DNA from: Candidatus Kapaibacterium sp.
GTDB lineage: Bacteria; Bacteroidota; Ignavibacteria; Kapaibacteriales; UBA2268
Assembly (NCBI GenBank): GCA_963665665.1
Contig: OY762428.1
Span: forward strand, 3,296,001-3,360,000
DNA: 64,000 nt
Reading direction: 5' to 3'
The translations under genes were made by a program, and so were the position numbers. The notes below the pieces were generated by a model. It did no database searches. It was given only the letters and a program-made list of their open reading frames with translations, and was not told the origin of the DNA. Position 1 is the stretch's first letter; each line of letters starts with the position of its first letter. Positions 1 through 11,300 of the stretch are shown here, in pieces.

Positions 1-860
1 TATTGTAAAAATATTCCCCAGGCATATCCCAGGCTGGTTCTGCCGCCCCCAAAAGGAAAATCATCCAGGTTGGCAAAAAGGTAAGGCAGGTACTGGAAAA
101 AATCTTTTACTTCGGGATATACCCTGTACTCGAACCACACGCTGGTCATTTCATTAAGCAGGCCGGTGGATTGGGTTGTAGTACCGTACCTTGCCTGTAT
201 GGCATGATGAAATTCGTGGGCCGCAGTAACTTTCATCCCGTCGATACCTGTTGTAAAATATGTTTTATATTGATATCCGCCATCAGTAAAATAGTCATCC
301 TCGCTGTAGTTATTGTCCATTATAATAAATGAAGTCCATCTGGGCCAGATTTTCCTGGGCTGGATTTCACGGTCGTACATTGTTACGCCGTAAATACCTT
401 CGAACCCCGTATCGGATTCGTCCATTCCAATTTCCATTAAGTAAACATCATAAGCATCCGAAGAACCGCCACCCATATCGTCTATCGGAGATAAAAATCC
501 AAGTTCAACAACTTCCACCTGGTAAACGTTCATAAAGTGGAATGCAACTGAATCGATATAATCAGGAAGCCCGTTATTATTATTATCAGCCGGATCAACA
601 GCATTTATTCCAACTGTGGTGTAATGTATTCTGAAGTTCCCGTCAGGAGTGTCGTAATAATCACTTAATTGCGGCCTTTGTGCGGACAGGCTGCCTGTAA
701 GTTTTACCATCAGTGCCCTTTTCTTTTCCGGCTCCCAGAAGGTTGCGCATTTGTCGTGATAATGGTCGGATGCATGTGCCGGTTTGGCAAAAGTATAAAC
801 AGGGGCAAATATTATAAATGCACTAAGTATCAAAAAGCTGTGGCGAAATATTCTTTTCAT
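1..860 (-). CDS. Secreted zinc metalloprotease (MXAN_6640-like), 3' end runs off the window
   Basis: Not in the ORF track. Translated by hand from the ATG at 860: MKRIFRHSFLILSAFIIFAPVYTFA (signal peptide)...GNFRIHYTTVG...DNNNNGLPDYID...YDVYL...TAAHEFHHAIQ (HExxH)...NEMTSVWFE; frame open to position 1. Confidence 0.8.
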   Translation of the reverse strand, partial: MKRIFRHSFLILSAFIIFAPVYTFAKPAHASDHYHDKCATFWEPEKKRALMVKLTGSLSAQRPQLSDYYDTPDGNFRIHYTTVGINAVDPADNNNNGLPDYIDSVAFHFMNVYQVEVVELGFLSPIDDMGGGSSDAYDVYLMEIGMDESDTGFEGIYGVTMYDREIQPRKIWPRWTSFIIMDNNYSEDDYFTDGGYQYKTYFTTGIDGMKVTAAHEFHHAIQARYGTTTQSTGLLNEMTSVWFEYRVYPEVKDFFQYLPYLFANLDDFPFGGGRTSLGYAWGIFLQ

Positions 861-947
861 AGCGGATCTGTTCTTGTTAAACAAGTAATTCCGAAAAAGA
901 TAACTTATTCGGAATTAAATATAGCAAATTTGTATGTAAAAAACGAT

Positions 948-1376
948 TTATCTGAACATTTCTTTTATCATTCCCCAGGTTCTGCGAATACTGCTGACGT
1001 TGTGAGTTACGTAAACAACGTTTGTATAATCAGAACTGTTATCCCTGCGTATTATTTTCAGCCTGTAGGAATAAACGCTGTTGGAAAGAATTTCTTCTCC
1101 GTTGGGGCCCGATCTTTTAATATATGCTTTTTCGTCAATATATCTGTATGATGAAGGTTTTCCTTTTGCTTCTTCCGAAGACAGGCGCATAAAGTCGTTT
1201 TCGGTGGCGGAGCGTTCCAATTCGAACCTGACAGCGTCATTTTCGTTTATTGTGTTCCATTCCACTGTAATAACTGATCCGTCAGATTTCGCAGTGAATG
1301 ACGAGATCACACCATCGGCAGCATACAATATGCCGAAACCAACTACTAACAATATCAAAATAATTTTTGTTTTCAT
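948..1376 (-). CDS. Small secreted beta-sandwich (Fn3/Ig-like) protein with C-terminal TWGMIKEMFR tail
   Basis: 142 aa; signal peptide; VEWNT..E....FELERS...YRYID...YSYRLKI pattern typical of Fn3-like modules in Bacteroidota surface proteins. Confidence 0.75.
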   Translation of the reverse strand: MKTKIILILLVVGFGILYAADGVISSFTAKSDGSVITVEWNTINENDAVRFELERSATENDFMRLSSEEAKGKPSSYRYIDEKAYIKRSGPNGEEILSNSVYSYRLKIIRRDNSSDYTNVVYVTHNVSSIRRTWGMIKEMFR

Positions 1377-1606
1377 ATCGCAAATTTATTAATAAGATTA
1401 TTAATTTCCAAACATTTAATAAAAATTAACCAAATCCTGATCTTATCTTCTTAATTTCCCTTTTATAATATTACACTTTGAAAATATATTCGTTACAAAA
1501 TTATAATTATTTTATTCTCTTTTCGTTCTTTACAGCTATATGTTATAATTACTATAACGAAATTTATGCCAAAAAGTAACGGATAGAATTAAAAATAAGG
1601 AGAATT

Positions 1607-1993
1607 ATGAGCTACTACATCAGCAAAAAAGTTGATTACACATTCGATGAAGCAATAGAAAAGATCACATCTAAGCTACAGGATGAAGGATTCGGCATTG
1701 TTACTGAAATAAACATTAGCAATACTTTTAAAATGAAACTCGATGTTGATTTCAGAAATTACAGGATCCTTGGTGCGTGCAATCCCGGATTTGCACATAA
1801 AGCACTCGGGTTCGAGGATAAGATTGGAACGATGCTTCCCTGCAATGTTATCGTCCAGGAAACAGAGGATGGCAAATGTGAAATCGCGGCCGTAGACCCT
1901 GTTGCATCTATGATGGCTGTTGATAACAATGGTGTTAAGGAAATTGCCGGAATAATCAAGGAGAAACTTCAAAATGCCATTGAAAAGGTATAA
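1607..1993 (+). CDS. DUF302 domain protein
   Basis: 128 aa; YRILGACNP...IGTMLPCNVIV signature; GGAG RBS upstream. Confidence 0.9.
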   Translation: MSYYISKKVDYTFDEAIEKITSKLQDEGFGIVTEINISNTFKMKLDVDFRNYRILGACNPGFAHKALGFEDKIGTMLPCNVIVQETEDGKCEIAAVDPVASMMAVDNNGVKEIAGIIKEKLQNAIEKV

Positions 1994-2078
1994 GTTTTAA
2001 TAATTATACATCAGCACTCAGAAATCCGGGATGTTGTGTATTCTGCATGTTTCAAAAATACTTACCTTAATTATTCCC

Positions 2079-2133
2079 GCCCATTCCTGTTCCTGACTTC
2101 CTGGAGTTATTATCAGGGATGGGCAGCTTTTTT
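2079..2133 (+). terminator. Probable intrinsic terminator after the DUF302 gene
   Basis: gcccattcctg / cagggatgggc inverted repeat followed by a T-run. Confidence 0.5.
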
Positions 2134-2349
2134 ATCAAATAAGAAAATAATTTTATTGCTACACTCAATCGGAACGAAAACTTCATTTTCTAAAAGGTCT
2201 TCTTTTTTAATAATTAATTGAAGGAGAAGCATCTTTAAGATCATAAATCATAACTAATATCATATTTAAGGTCGGTATGATGCTGAAACCCTGCTAAATA
2301 ACTTTCGTTTTATTCAGTAAAGTAGTTATCTGAACAGCGGAGGTAAAAA

Positions 2350-3060
2350 ATGAAAAAGATTCAAATAATCATGGCATTGGGGTTGATCATTATCCTGGCT
2401 TCATGTACCCACACGAACAATCTTTCCCAATTCAATCTGAACGGACAGAAAGTCTTTTTCGATAATATTGCATCTGCCAGGGGTTCGGCCACGAGAATAT
2501 ATTATAATGAAAAGTTTGATGAAGGTAAAGACGAGAAGCAACAGTTAATAGAATTTGTTGCCACAGCGGTGGGCAAGGCCATACTGTCGTCTGAAACCGA
2601 GAAGAAACTTCTTGCAGCTGTGGATGCCGGGGAACTGGCAGAAAAAATCTCTGACGGTATGGAAAGTTCCATGGTGAAGTACCTTATGATAAGGCCTTCG
2701 AAAAGCTTAGATGCTGAAACAAGATTTATCTGCACAACCAGGCTCAGGGAATGCAATATAGTTTCCTCGCCTGCGGGAGTATATGTATATGCAAAGGCCA
2801 CATGTGAAATCACCGACCGCAGTACAGGGGCTATTGTTTGGGATAATACCGAGACAGAAAGATTCTATATCCGCAGGTCTGTGGCTGGAGCTGTGGGAGA
2901 AATAAACGAGAATGCCGGGAAAATTGCGCAGAGCATTGAACTGATAAGCGTATCAACAGAACAGATAAAAGAAAACGTACACGGTGCTGCCAGCGAACTT
3001 GGCTATGAAATGGCAGGCCAGCTGCGCGAAGATATAGCTGCTGCCTATGCAGAAAAATAA
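2350..3060 (+). CDS. Hypothetical lipoprotein
   Basis: 236 aa; lipobox ILASC; GGAGG RBS. Confidence 0.75.
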   Translation: MKKIQIIMALGLIIILASCTHTNNLSQFNLNGQKVFFDNIASARGSATRIYYNEKFDEGKDEKQQLIEFVATAVGKAILSSETEKKLLAAVDAGELAEKISDGMESSMVKYLMIRPSKSLDAETRFICTTRLRECNIVSSPAGVYVYAKATCEITDRSTGAIVWDNTETERFYIRRSVAGAVGEINENAGKIAQSIELISVSTEQIKENVHGAASELGYEMAGQLREDIAAAYAEK

Positions 3061-3093
3061 TCCTGATAGTCATTTCCAAATCAATTATTATGT

Positions 3094-3121
3094 CCCCGCG
3101 GCTCCTGCGGGGCTTTTTTTT
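3094..3121 (+). terminator. Intrinsic terminator
   Basis: ccccgcgg-ctc-ctgcgggg stem plus T-run. Confidence 0.75.
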
Positions 3122-3151
3122 GTATAAAAAAGCAGAGTGCCAATTTTTCTG

Positions 3152-3394
3152 TCAGTCGAAATCCTTTTCCAGCATGGCAAAATCCGATTCGAGATACTCC
3201 ATCTGGTTGCGGAACCAGGTACGCGCGTCAATAAGAGCCTGATTATAAATTAGCGGGGCGAGCTTTGCAGTAAAAAAATCCAGCAGCATGTCGGCTGCAA
3301 GATCGCCTATTGATTCGTCTCTCTCTTTTTCAAAATACTGTTTTATTGCTTCAATTGCTGCCTGTTTTGTTTCTTCGGTAAATTCTATACTCAT
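3152..3394 (-). CDS. DUF2164 family protein
   Basis: 80 aa; IKQYF..ERDESIGDLAA.MLLDFF...LAP.IYNQAL.DA pattern. Confidence 0.85.
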   Translation of the reverse strand: MSIEFTEETKQAAIEAIKQYFEKERDESIGDLAADMLLDFFTAKLAPLIYNQALIDARTWFRNQMEYLESDFAMLEKDFD

Positions 3395-3467
3395 CTTAGT
3401 TTTTGCGAATTATTAAGAAAAAATTTCCCATACCCGAATTTGATTCTTTGCAAATTCCTTATAATAT

Positions 3468-4490
3468 TTATTTCCCGCAATATGACCTGATATCCGGATC
3501 AAGTAATTGTATCCTTGCATCAATCCCGAATCTTTTCATCGGCTGGCAACTATAAATTATTGAATCATTCCTTATAATATTTATTTTGTAATCCGAACCA
3601 AGCTGATTGGCAATATAGGCTAAAGTCTGGAATTCGGCAAAATCCTCGGCCCAGTTATAAATTGAATACAAAGAAAGCAGCGGTGAGCTTTCAAGTTCTT
3701 TATAATATTTCTCCGCGTCTTCGATTTTAATCTTCGGGCCGTTGCCGAATCCATAAAAAGTTACCAGATCTTTATTCGGATATTCATAATCAAGAAGCAG
3801 TTCATCGTAGTCTGCCCAAACAGAATAAGTAAATGCACAATTGCCGGGATTTTCACCAAACTTATCAAAAATTGCCGGCTCTACCCAGGGAGTATATCTG
3901 AAGCTATAGTCAAGGGCATGACCTGCCTCATGCATGAATATATAAAGGAATCCCGGAAGTTCGGTATCCATTTCGTATTCAATTCTCATATTATCGGCCG
4001 GGATGAAGCAGGTGTTTTCTTTATAAGCAAGTAGTTCCGGAAGGTTTTTGTTAAAAACGGAATAATTGAGAACAATATAGGTATAGACTTCATCATTTGA
4101 AGAAAGGATAAAATCTGTCAAACCGCTGCCCCAAAAATCATTGATGAAATAGATGCCCACAAGCCTTTCTTTTAGTGCATTTTTCATATATTCCGGGAGC
4201 ATATCCAGGGTTTGTTCAATTATTAGATTCTGATTTTCCGTGGGTGTATAGGAAATGTAATCAGGCCTACCATCCAATTCCTTCAGATAATCCAGAACAA
4301 AATCCGGGCAATCGGTTACCCTGTCTTCAAGACTGGATTGAGGATTGAAGTTATAATTTGCCAGAACTCTAACAGGGTCGGGATTATTTTCGACTGGATT
4401 GCTGCTGTTATCATCATCAGAGCAGGAGGAGAAAAAAATAGTAACGGATATTATTAGTAGCTGAATTAATAAACTGTTGATACTTTTCAT
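3468..4490 (-). CDS. Lipoprotein, putative zinc-dependent metallopeptidase
   Basis: 340 aa; lipobox FSSC; HEAGHALD (HExxH) and downstream AEDFAE third-ligand motif. Confidence 0.75.
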   Translation of the reverse strand: MKSINSLLIQLLIISVTIFFSSCSDDDNSSNPVENNPDPVRVLANYNFNPQSSLEDRVTDCPDFVLDYLKELDGRPDYISYTPTENQNLIIEQTLDMLPEYMKNALKERLVGIYFINDFWGSGLTDFILSSNDEVYTYIVLNYSVFNKNLPELLAYKENTCFIPADNMRIEYEMDTELPGFLYIFMHEAGHALDYSFRYTPWVEPAIFDKFGENPGNCAFTYSVWADYDELLLDYEYPNKDLVTFYGFGNGPKIKIEDAEKYYKELESSPLLSLYSIYNWAEDFAEFQTLAYIANQLGSDYKINIIRNDSIIYSCQPMKRFGIDARIQLLDPDIRSYCGK

Positions 4491-4581
4491 AAAAAGACTC
4501 TCATTATTACAAATGTTTAATTTTCAAAAAATACATTTTTATATAATAAAATTCAATTATTTTACAAAATCATTCCAAAAT

Positions 4582-4621
4582 AAAAAAAGGCTCCCCTGTT
4601 TTTAAGGTAGGAAGGGAGCCT
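4582..4621 (-). terminator. Intrinsic terminator for the 4654..7569 gene
   Basis: A-run then aggctccc...gggagcct inverted repeat. Confidence 0.65.
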
Positions 4622-4653
4622 GTGTGTGAATTGGAATTGAATTTTTACAAGTA

Positions 4654-7569
4654 TCAGTGTTTGATAATTCTTGCAACAGTAGATTTAAAGCCATCGCTTA
4701 ATTGAACGAAATATGTTCCGGCCGATACTTCATTCCCTGACATGTTAATACCATTCCAGAAAAAACCCGCGCCTGAATAATTATTTTTTAGATATACGAC
4801 AGTTCCGTTGATATCCATTATTGTTATGTCACAATTACCTGAAAATTCACTCAGATCAATATTTATTTTATTTTCAAAAGGGTTGGGATAGGCAATAAGT
4901 TCCGGGCTTGTTTCATTATCTTCAACACTATTAACAATTTCCTCGTTCGTTGTAAGTATTTCAAAGTCATCAACAAGAACTTCACACATTGGCGGGAACC
5001 AACTGTTTGACGGATTATTTGCAATTATCCTGATCTTGAAATTTTCACTCAGTTCAAGATAGTCCTCCACTTTGAACTGTAATTTGCGCCATTCAAAGAT
5101 CGGGTCGTCCAATTTTGCTATCCTTGTCCATGTGGTTCCGTTGTCATTCGAAGCTTCAATAGCAACTGTTGCTTCTGATAAGCTCATTAATTCAATTACA
5201 TTGAACAAATTCCATATTCTTACAACCGGAGATTCCAGTACTGAAATATCAAAAGCCGGAGAATTCAGTGTGGTTTTTCCCACTAATATGCCGTCAAGCA
5301 TGCTTTGTCCGCCTTTAGCACCTGTTACATAGCACTTATCGCCATTCTCGCTATGATCTTCACCCGGCTGTACAAATCCAATGCCCCATTCTGACAGGTC
5401 CACTTCTTCCGGTATGCCACGTTCCCACCGCCCGGATTGTGCGTTATCACTTGTTGAACCGGTTAACCAGCCGGTTTCTTCCTCGAAATCATCATAATAT
5501 GCAGTGTGGTAGCCAACAAGAAAGTCGAAAGGTATGAATGAAGATTTTGCCGCGCTAAAAAGAATTTCTTCTTTAGCTGCCGGGTCGTAAGCTGTGAAAT
5601 AATATTTTACTAAACTACCTTTGGGCTGAGCAGGGATTTCAGCTTTGTAATCATTTTCACCATCTTTTGCAGCAAAAATTCTGTGTGTTGTTTCAAAATT
5701 GTCAGTTGAATAATACAATGACACTGAATCCGGAACTGAACCAAGAGATTTAAGGCTTATTATACTAAATTCCGCAATATAGGGATTAACCAGTTCAGGA
5801 GTATCTTTTAAGGCTTCGTGAGTAAAATTTGACTGCATGTAGAGGTCTGTTCCGATATTATGGCGGTTAAAAGCCCTGATAATAATATCAGCATTGGGAA
5901 CGCCATTGCTTAGGTCTCCGTCGTCATCTGCTGATACGAGAGTTTCAATAAACCATTCATAAAGAGCAACGCCGTCGTTGGGGTCGTCAGGAGTTCCGTA
6001 TAAAGCAAAATGAGAAAGTTTGGCTACATATTCAAGGGATGTTTCCTTCCTAATATCCCAGAATGCACCGCTAAGAACCTGCCCGTCGTGATGGGATTCA
6101 CCAATAAGACTGTCAGGATAAATAACATCGTTCTCAAGGTTTCTCATAATCCTGTCGGGTTCGTTTGTAAATGCTCCCAGGCCAAGTTTCGGTTCATCAA
6201 TAATGAGTGCTGCCAACAGATCTGCAAGAGCTTCCTGAGTAAGCATATTGAACATATCATCATGACCCAGATAATTGTAGAGCAGTGTGTTGATGGAATG
6301 GCCATATTCATGGTAAAGTACAAAGGGGCTTTCCACAAACCTGTATTCGTCATCCGAGCATCCGATAAACTGGATAGTATCTGCATTTGAAAAGGCGTTA
6401 GCTCCGCCCATTGATGAATTGTAGTCTATAAGTACAGTCATCGGAATATCCATGCACGACATTTCAGGATCAACGTTTTTAATATAATCATGGACAATAT
6501 TAGTATGAAAGAACAGCATCCTTTCGAAAAGGTGTGAATTAGTATCATTTAGGTTAATATTATTTTCACCGGGGATAACAGTTCCGGTTATGACGCTGCT
6601 GTTTCCTGCTTTCATTTTTACATTGGCATAAGGCCCTTCGAATTTAATCTCGTATTCTGCATCACTGTCAATGTCGAAATTAAATTTTCCTTCCTGGCCG
6701 GTTGTATAAATATTGTTGTTGATTTTTACGTTCAGTCCGGTAAAGTTATAAGTATCAATTTCATCAAGTGCACTTGCTCTTTTAATTTTACCATTAATCT
6801 GAAGTTCACTTTCAACATTATGAATCATATTTTTTCTGCTAAGCACATTTCCGTTGCCGGCATCAACAAAGGTTCTGTATCTGTCGATACCTGATTTAAC
6901 TATCATGGGATAAACAAGGCGGCAATTAACTTTTCCGTTATTTCTGACTGGTAATATCTTTACTTCTCCGGAACCTTGAACAGTAGCCTTGTTTGATTTC
7001 GATATTCCTTCCATAGCATTTGTACATGCACTGGAAAAAGATAAAGCAGGTACCAGGCTGATATCTATATCATTATAAAATGAGACACCGAACATCATCA
7101 GGTTACCATTCTCGTGGATTCGAAGCTCAACTTCGGAAAGAAGTACTTCAATATTGTTAAAATACTGCTTGTAGGAAACATACCAAATATTGTTTCTTTT
7201 AATTGCTTTTACAAGTTTCAAATCTTCGGGCTTGATATTCATAACTTCAGCATTTTCATCCAGGAAGCGCATGGAAATATCTTCAATATTTTCAATTGTA
7301 ATGTTTTGGGATATATTCAGCTTAATTGCCTTGCCTATTGCACGGTGGGGGGTGCCTGTAGCCTTGTCCAGCAGTATCGACCATTTTCCGTGTATGCTTT
7401 GGAAGTTTTTCCATAAGGAAGCCTTTGTGCTTCTTTCAGCGGATATTAAATCTGTGTGGCTTTTGTTTAATTCTTCAGGCAGAAAAATTTCGTTATTATC
7501 TGATCTGCTACTTGCGGTGGCAATGAAAAATATCCCGATTATTAAGAAAATATTCCATCTCATCGTCAT
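4654..7569 (-). CDS. Thermolysin/fungalysin-like (M4/M36) metalloprotease with propeptide and T9SS C-terminal domain
   Basis: 971 aa; signal peptide; FTP/PepSY-like propeptide (YKQYFNNIEV, FVDAGNGNVL); HEYGH and QEALAD; C-terminal AYPNPF...SAGTYFVQL...ARIIKH. Confidence 0.85.
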   Translation of the reverse strand: MTMRWNIFLIIGIFFIATASSRSDNNEIFLPEELNKSHTDLISAERSTKASLWKNFQSIHGKWSILLDKATGTPHRAIGKAIKLNISQNITIENIEDISMRFLDENAEVMNIKPEDLKLVKAIKRNNIWYVSYKQYFNNIEVLLSEVELRIHENGNLMMFGVSFYNDIDISLVPALSFSSACTNAMEGISKSNKATVQGSGEVKILPVRNNGKVNCRLVYPMIVKSGIDRYRTFVDAGNGNVLSRKNMIHNVESELQINGKIKRASALDEIDTYNFTGLNVKINNNIYTTGQEGKFNFDIDSDAEYEIKFEGPYANVKMKAGNSSVITGTVIPGENNINLNDTNSHLFERMLFFHTNIVHDYIKNVDPEMSCMDIPMTVLIDYNSSMGGANAFSNADTIQFIGCSDDEYRFVESPFVLYHEYGHSINTLLYNYLGHDDMFNMLTQEALADLLAALIIDEPKLGLGAFTNEPDRIMRNLENDVIYPDSLIGESHHDGQVLSGAFWDIRKETSLEYVAKLSHFALYGTPDDPNDGVALYEWFIETLVSADDDGDLSNGVPNADIIIRAFNRHNIGTDLYMQSNFTHEALKDTPELVNPYIAEFSIISLKSLGSVPDSVSLYYSTDNFETTHRIFAAKDGENDYKAEIPAQPKGSLVKYYFTAYDPAAKEEILFSAAKSSFIPFDFLVGYHTAYYDDFEEETGWLTGSTSDNAQSGRWERGIPEEVDLSEWGIGFVQPGEDHSENGDKCYVTGAKGGQSMLDGILVGKTTLNSPAFDISVLESPVVRIWNLFNVIELMSLSEATVAIEASNDNGTTWTRIAKLDDPIFEWRKLQFKVEDYLELSENFKIRIIANNPSNSWFPPMCEVLVDDFEILTTNEEIVNSVEDNETSPELIAYPNPFENKINIDLSEFSGNCDITIMDINGTVVYLKNNYSGAGFFWNGINMSGNEVSAGTYFVQLSDGFKSTVARIIKH

Positions 7570-7929
7570 TTCTCCTTGAGTTTATATTGATTCCTGATAA
7601 TTATTTTCAGGTTTTTATTTTCCACACATACACACAAAGTTTCGGGGTGTTGCAAATAAGAAAAAAAATTATTGATCTGATTAAATTTTTTTGCTGATAA
7701 AAAATGTAATTATATTTCTGTTTAAATGTTTTTAAAACATTGAAATTATATTCATATACGTTGTTGGGTCTGTATAGTAGCGGTTTTCAGGAGAAAAAAA
7801 TAATCTAAAAAATTAAAAAAAATATTTGCAGGGAATAATAGAATTCCTTAATATTGCACTCCCTATTTGAACGGGCGCTATAGAACAGTGAAATTGGAAG
7901 AGATCTTTGAAAATAATTTTGAAACAAAA

Positions 7930-7961
7930 TTTGGAAAAGAAAAAAAAAAGTCTTATTTTTG
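7930..7961 (+). promoter_or_regulatory. Bacteroidota-type housekeeping promoter for tRNA-Gly
   Basis: TTTG (7930-7933), 20-nt spacer, TATTTTTG (7954-7961): matches the -33/-7 consensus. Confidence 0.7.
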
Positions 7962-7980
7962 TTTCGAAACTGATTAATAA

Positions 7981-8053
7981 GCGAAAGTAGCTCAGTTGGT
8001 AGAGCATAACCTTGCCAAGGTTAGGGTCGCGAGTTCGAGTCTCGTCTTTCGCT
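7981..8053 (+). tRNA. tRNA-Gly (GCC)
   Basis: GCGAAAG/CTTTCGC acceptor stem, AGCTCAGTTGGTAGAGC D-arm, anticodon GCC, GTTCGAGT T-loop; CCA not encoded. Confidence 0.97.
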
Positions 8054-8088
8054 CGACGACACAAGTCGTCTCTTCCTCTTTATGCTGC

Positions 8089-8132
8089 ATGCCTTGCCGT
8101 CATGTCCCCCCGATGGTAAGGCATTTTTTTTT
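8089..8132 (+). terminator. Intrinsic terminator after tRNA-Gly
   Basis: atgccttgccgtc / gatggtaaggcat stem plus T-run. Confidence 0.75.
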
Positions 8133-8374
8133 ACAATATATAACATTAGTCCAGCGTCGGTTATTATTAGTTTAGGATAACCGAAAAATTAAAATCTTCT
8201 TTTATTGTAACTTTTTTTTAATATCTTTGTTCTTATTATACAGACAAAACGAAAATTGACAACAAATGCAACCGAATTTATAGACAGATTTATACTTATT
8301 TTATATATTTGCATGTGCGAAATGCAAAATGATGACAGGCGGTTTGGCCTTGTTTTGTTATAGTAAAGTCAGGA

Positions 8375-11300
8375 TTGATTATGTTAAGGAATTCATTGGT
8401 TGCTTTTTTTGTTGCGGTACTTGTTTTGGCATTTATCCGGACAGCCGATGCCGATACCTACACATCAAAAGGAATAATTGTTAAAAACTCAACTGCCAAT
8501 GCTCTGGAGCTGGAGGTTTCTCCTGTATTAAAAGGTTTTTCCAAAATTAAAACAACGGATAACGCAATATGTGTTATGCCGGAAATAAAAGGTTCAAAAA
8601 TAGATTATACAATTCCCGGAGTTCCGGCGGAACCTTATTTGTCTGTTCCTGTTACTGTTCCTTCGCCCGAAGGATTCAAAATAGTTTCAGTTGAAATAGA
8701 CGGTTTGGCAATACATACAGGAAATATTGCCCCTGTTCCTGATTTCGAAATTACTAACAATGAAGCCGTACCGGTATACAAAAACACAGATAATTTTAAT
8801 GTTGGAAATAATAATCCCGGGCCGAAGGATTTTGTAACAATGGAATATGACGGCAGGGCAGGGTTCAGGTATGTTGCTGTTTTGAAAATAAAAACAGCCC
8901 TGGCAGGAAATAATTCAATTTTTATACCTGAAAAAATTAAGATAAGAATTGTATTTGATGCGCCGGATAAGACTGTTTTGAGGAATAATATTCCTGATAA
9001 TATAAAATTCTCTGTGAACCACAACGAAACCAAATCATTTCTGATAGATGACAGCAAGGTGTTTCTTAAGAAAAATCAGGAAAAAATTCTGTCGTCAGAT
9101 AATGAATTTGTAAAGCTGAAAATTGAAAAAGAAGGTGTTTATGTTATTACAGCATCGGATCTAAGCTCTCTTGGTATTGATATTCCGGCCTCTGAGGTAA
9201 AAACTATCAAATTATTTGGCAGGGGAGGGAAAGAACTTAGCGAAGTGCAACAGGACGGGCTGAATAGTACTATGGGCGAGCAGGAAATCATTGTTCGGAC
9301 AAAGAACGACGGCAGTCTGGACAAAATCTATTTCTACGCTGCCCCTGCAAATGGTTTTGAATACGATGGAAACAGCTTTATACATTATATTAATAATTAC
9401 TCCGATAATAATTATTACCTGCTTGGCTGGGGCGGGAGCGATGGCAAAAGGGCAAGCGGAATTTCACAGCCGGCCGAAGCCCCCGTGGAAACGCCATTGG
9501 TATATACCCACCGTGTTTTCTTCGAAGAAGAACTTTATAATCCCTATTCTTATGGCAGCGGAAGAACCTGGCTGGGCCGCAACCTGATGCCTGCAACATT
9601 TACAGAGCAACTTCACAATTTGGCTGAATCAGGGAATATTCTTTATCGGTTCAGTGTTGCTCACAGATCCGATAATGCCGGTGAATTTACTATCACAGAA
9701 AACAATAATATCCTGACTACTATCAGCCTGAGTTCTACAAAGGCAAAATATCTTGATGCTATCAGGAAAAGCCGTGAAGCAGAATTGTCTGTCAATAATA
9801 TTACCTCCCGGGACAGGACAGTGATGAATTTCAGTTATAAAAGTTCATCCGGTACTTCGGCTATTAGCTGGTTCGACTGGTATGAGGTTCATTATCCGCG
9901 TGAATTTGTTCCAATCGATAATGAGTTAAACTTTTTTACTGATGATAATTGGAACGGGGTTTACAAATTCAATATCAATCATTTCGGCAGTTCAGAGATA
10001 ATCGGCTTTGATGTTACTGAATCTGATAATCCACTTCTGGTTGAAAATAAGGCAAGCACGGGCGGGATGTTTATATTCAAGCAGGAACTTGAAGAAGGAA
10101 ACCCGAGAAGATATTTTATTTCCTCAAAATTCCGTTCTCCTTCAATGGAAAAAATAAGTATTGCCGGGTTAAGAAATGATCTGTCCGGTGCTGATTTCAT
10201 TATCATTTCACCAAGGGAATTTGAAAATTCTGCCATAAAATTTAAAAATTACCGTGAGGCCAATAGTAATCTTACAGCAAAAGTAGTTTTTGTTGATGAT
10301 ATATATAAAGAATTTTCTTCATGTATTCCTGATCCGACAGCAATAAGGGATTTCCTGGGGTTTGCCCTTACAAACTGGGAGGAAAAACCAACTTATGTTT
10401 GCTTGTGGGGCGACGGGCACTTTGATTATAAACTCATTTCAACTAAAAATAAAAATTTTATTCCGCCTTATGAATCCGAAGAATTATCCGATGAACTCGA
10501 TGCCACTGATTCCTATACATCTGATGACTATTTTGTAAAATTACTTGGCGATGATGTAAGAGTTGACCTGGCAATTGGGCGCATAACTATTGGATCAGAT
10601 GAAGAAGGTGCATGGATAGTTGACAAAATTGATCATTATGAGCATGAATCCTCCGGTGATAGCTGGAGAACAATGGTAACACTTGTTGCCGACGACAGCC
10701 CCTCAGGCGATTCAAGTTCAGACAGTAACCGCCATACAAGCGATTCTGAACAGCTTTCACGTGGTTATGTCAGTGAGGATATGCAGCAAAGAAAAATTTA
10801 TATGCCTGAATATCCTTCTGAAAATGTTCCGGGCGGACTTAGAAAGCCCGGCGTTACTGAAGACTTGCTTGAAGCTGTGAATGTAGGTGGCAGCCTGTTG
10901 TTAAACTGGGTGGGGCATGGAAACCCGAGAGTCTGGGCACACGAAGAGATACTGGAACGCTCCATCACTATTCCAAAGATGGTTAATATGGATAAGCTTT
11001 TCTTCCTGACCGCAGCCACATGCGATTATGGCAGGTTTGATATGGCTGACGTTCGTTGCGGTGCCGAGGAAATGCTTTTAAGCAAATATGGCGGAGCTAT
11101 CGGGGTATTCAGTTCTTCAAGGCTTGTTTATGCCCAGCAGAATTCCGAGATTAATGCCAGCTTTTATACAAATATGTTCAGCCGTGATCCGGAAACAAAT
11201 GAATATCTGCGGCTTGGTGATATTATGTATAATGTTAAGCAGGAATTTACACGGTCGAATGACAAGAAATTCTATCTGCTTGGCGATCCTACTATGCGTT

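Noticed and set aside
329-1151. Plus-strand ORFs 329..535 and 669..1151
   Set aside because: They overlap the minus-strand metalloprotease and TWG-tail genes, which have clear motifs
7813-8064. 83-aa minus-strand ORF
   Set aside because: Antisense to tRNA-Gly and its promoter
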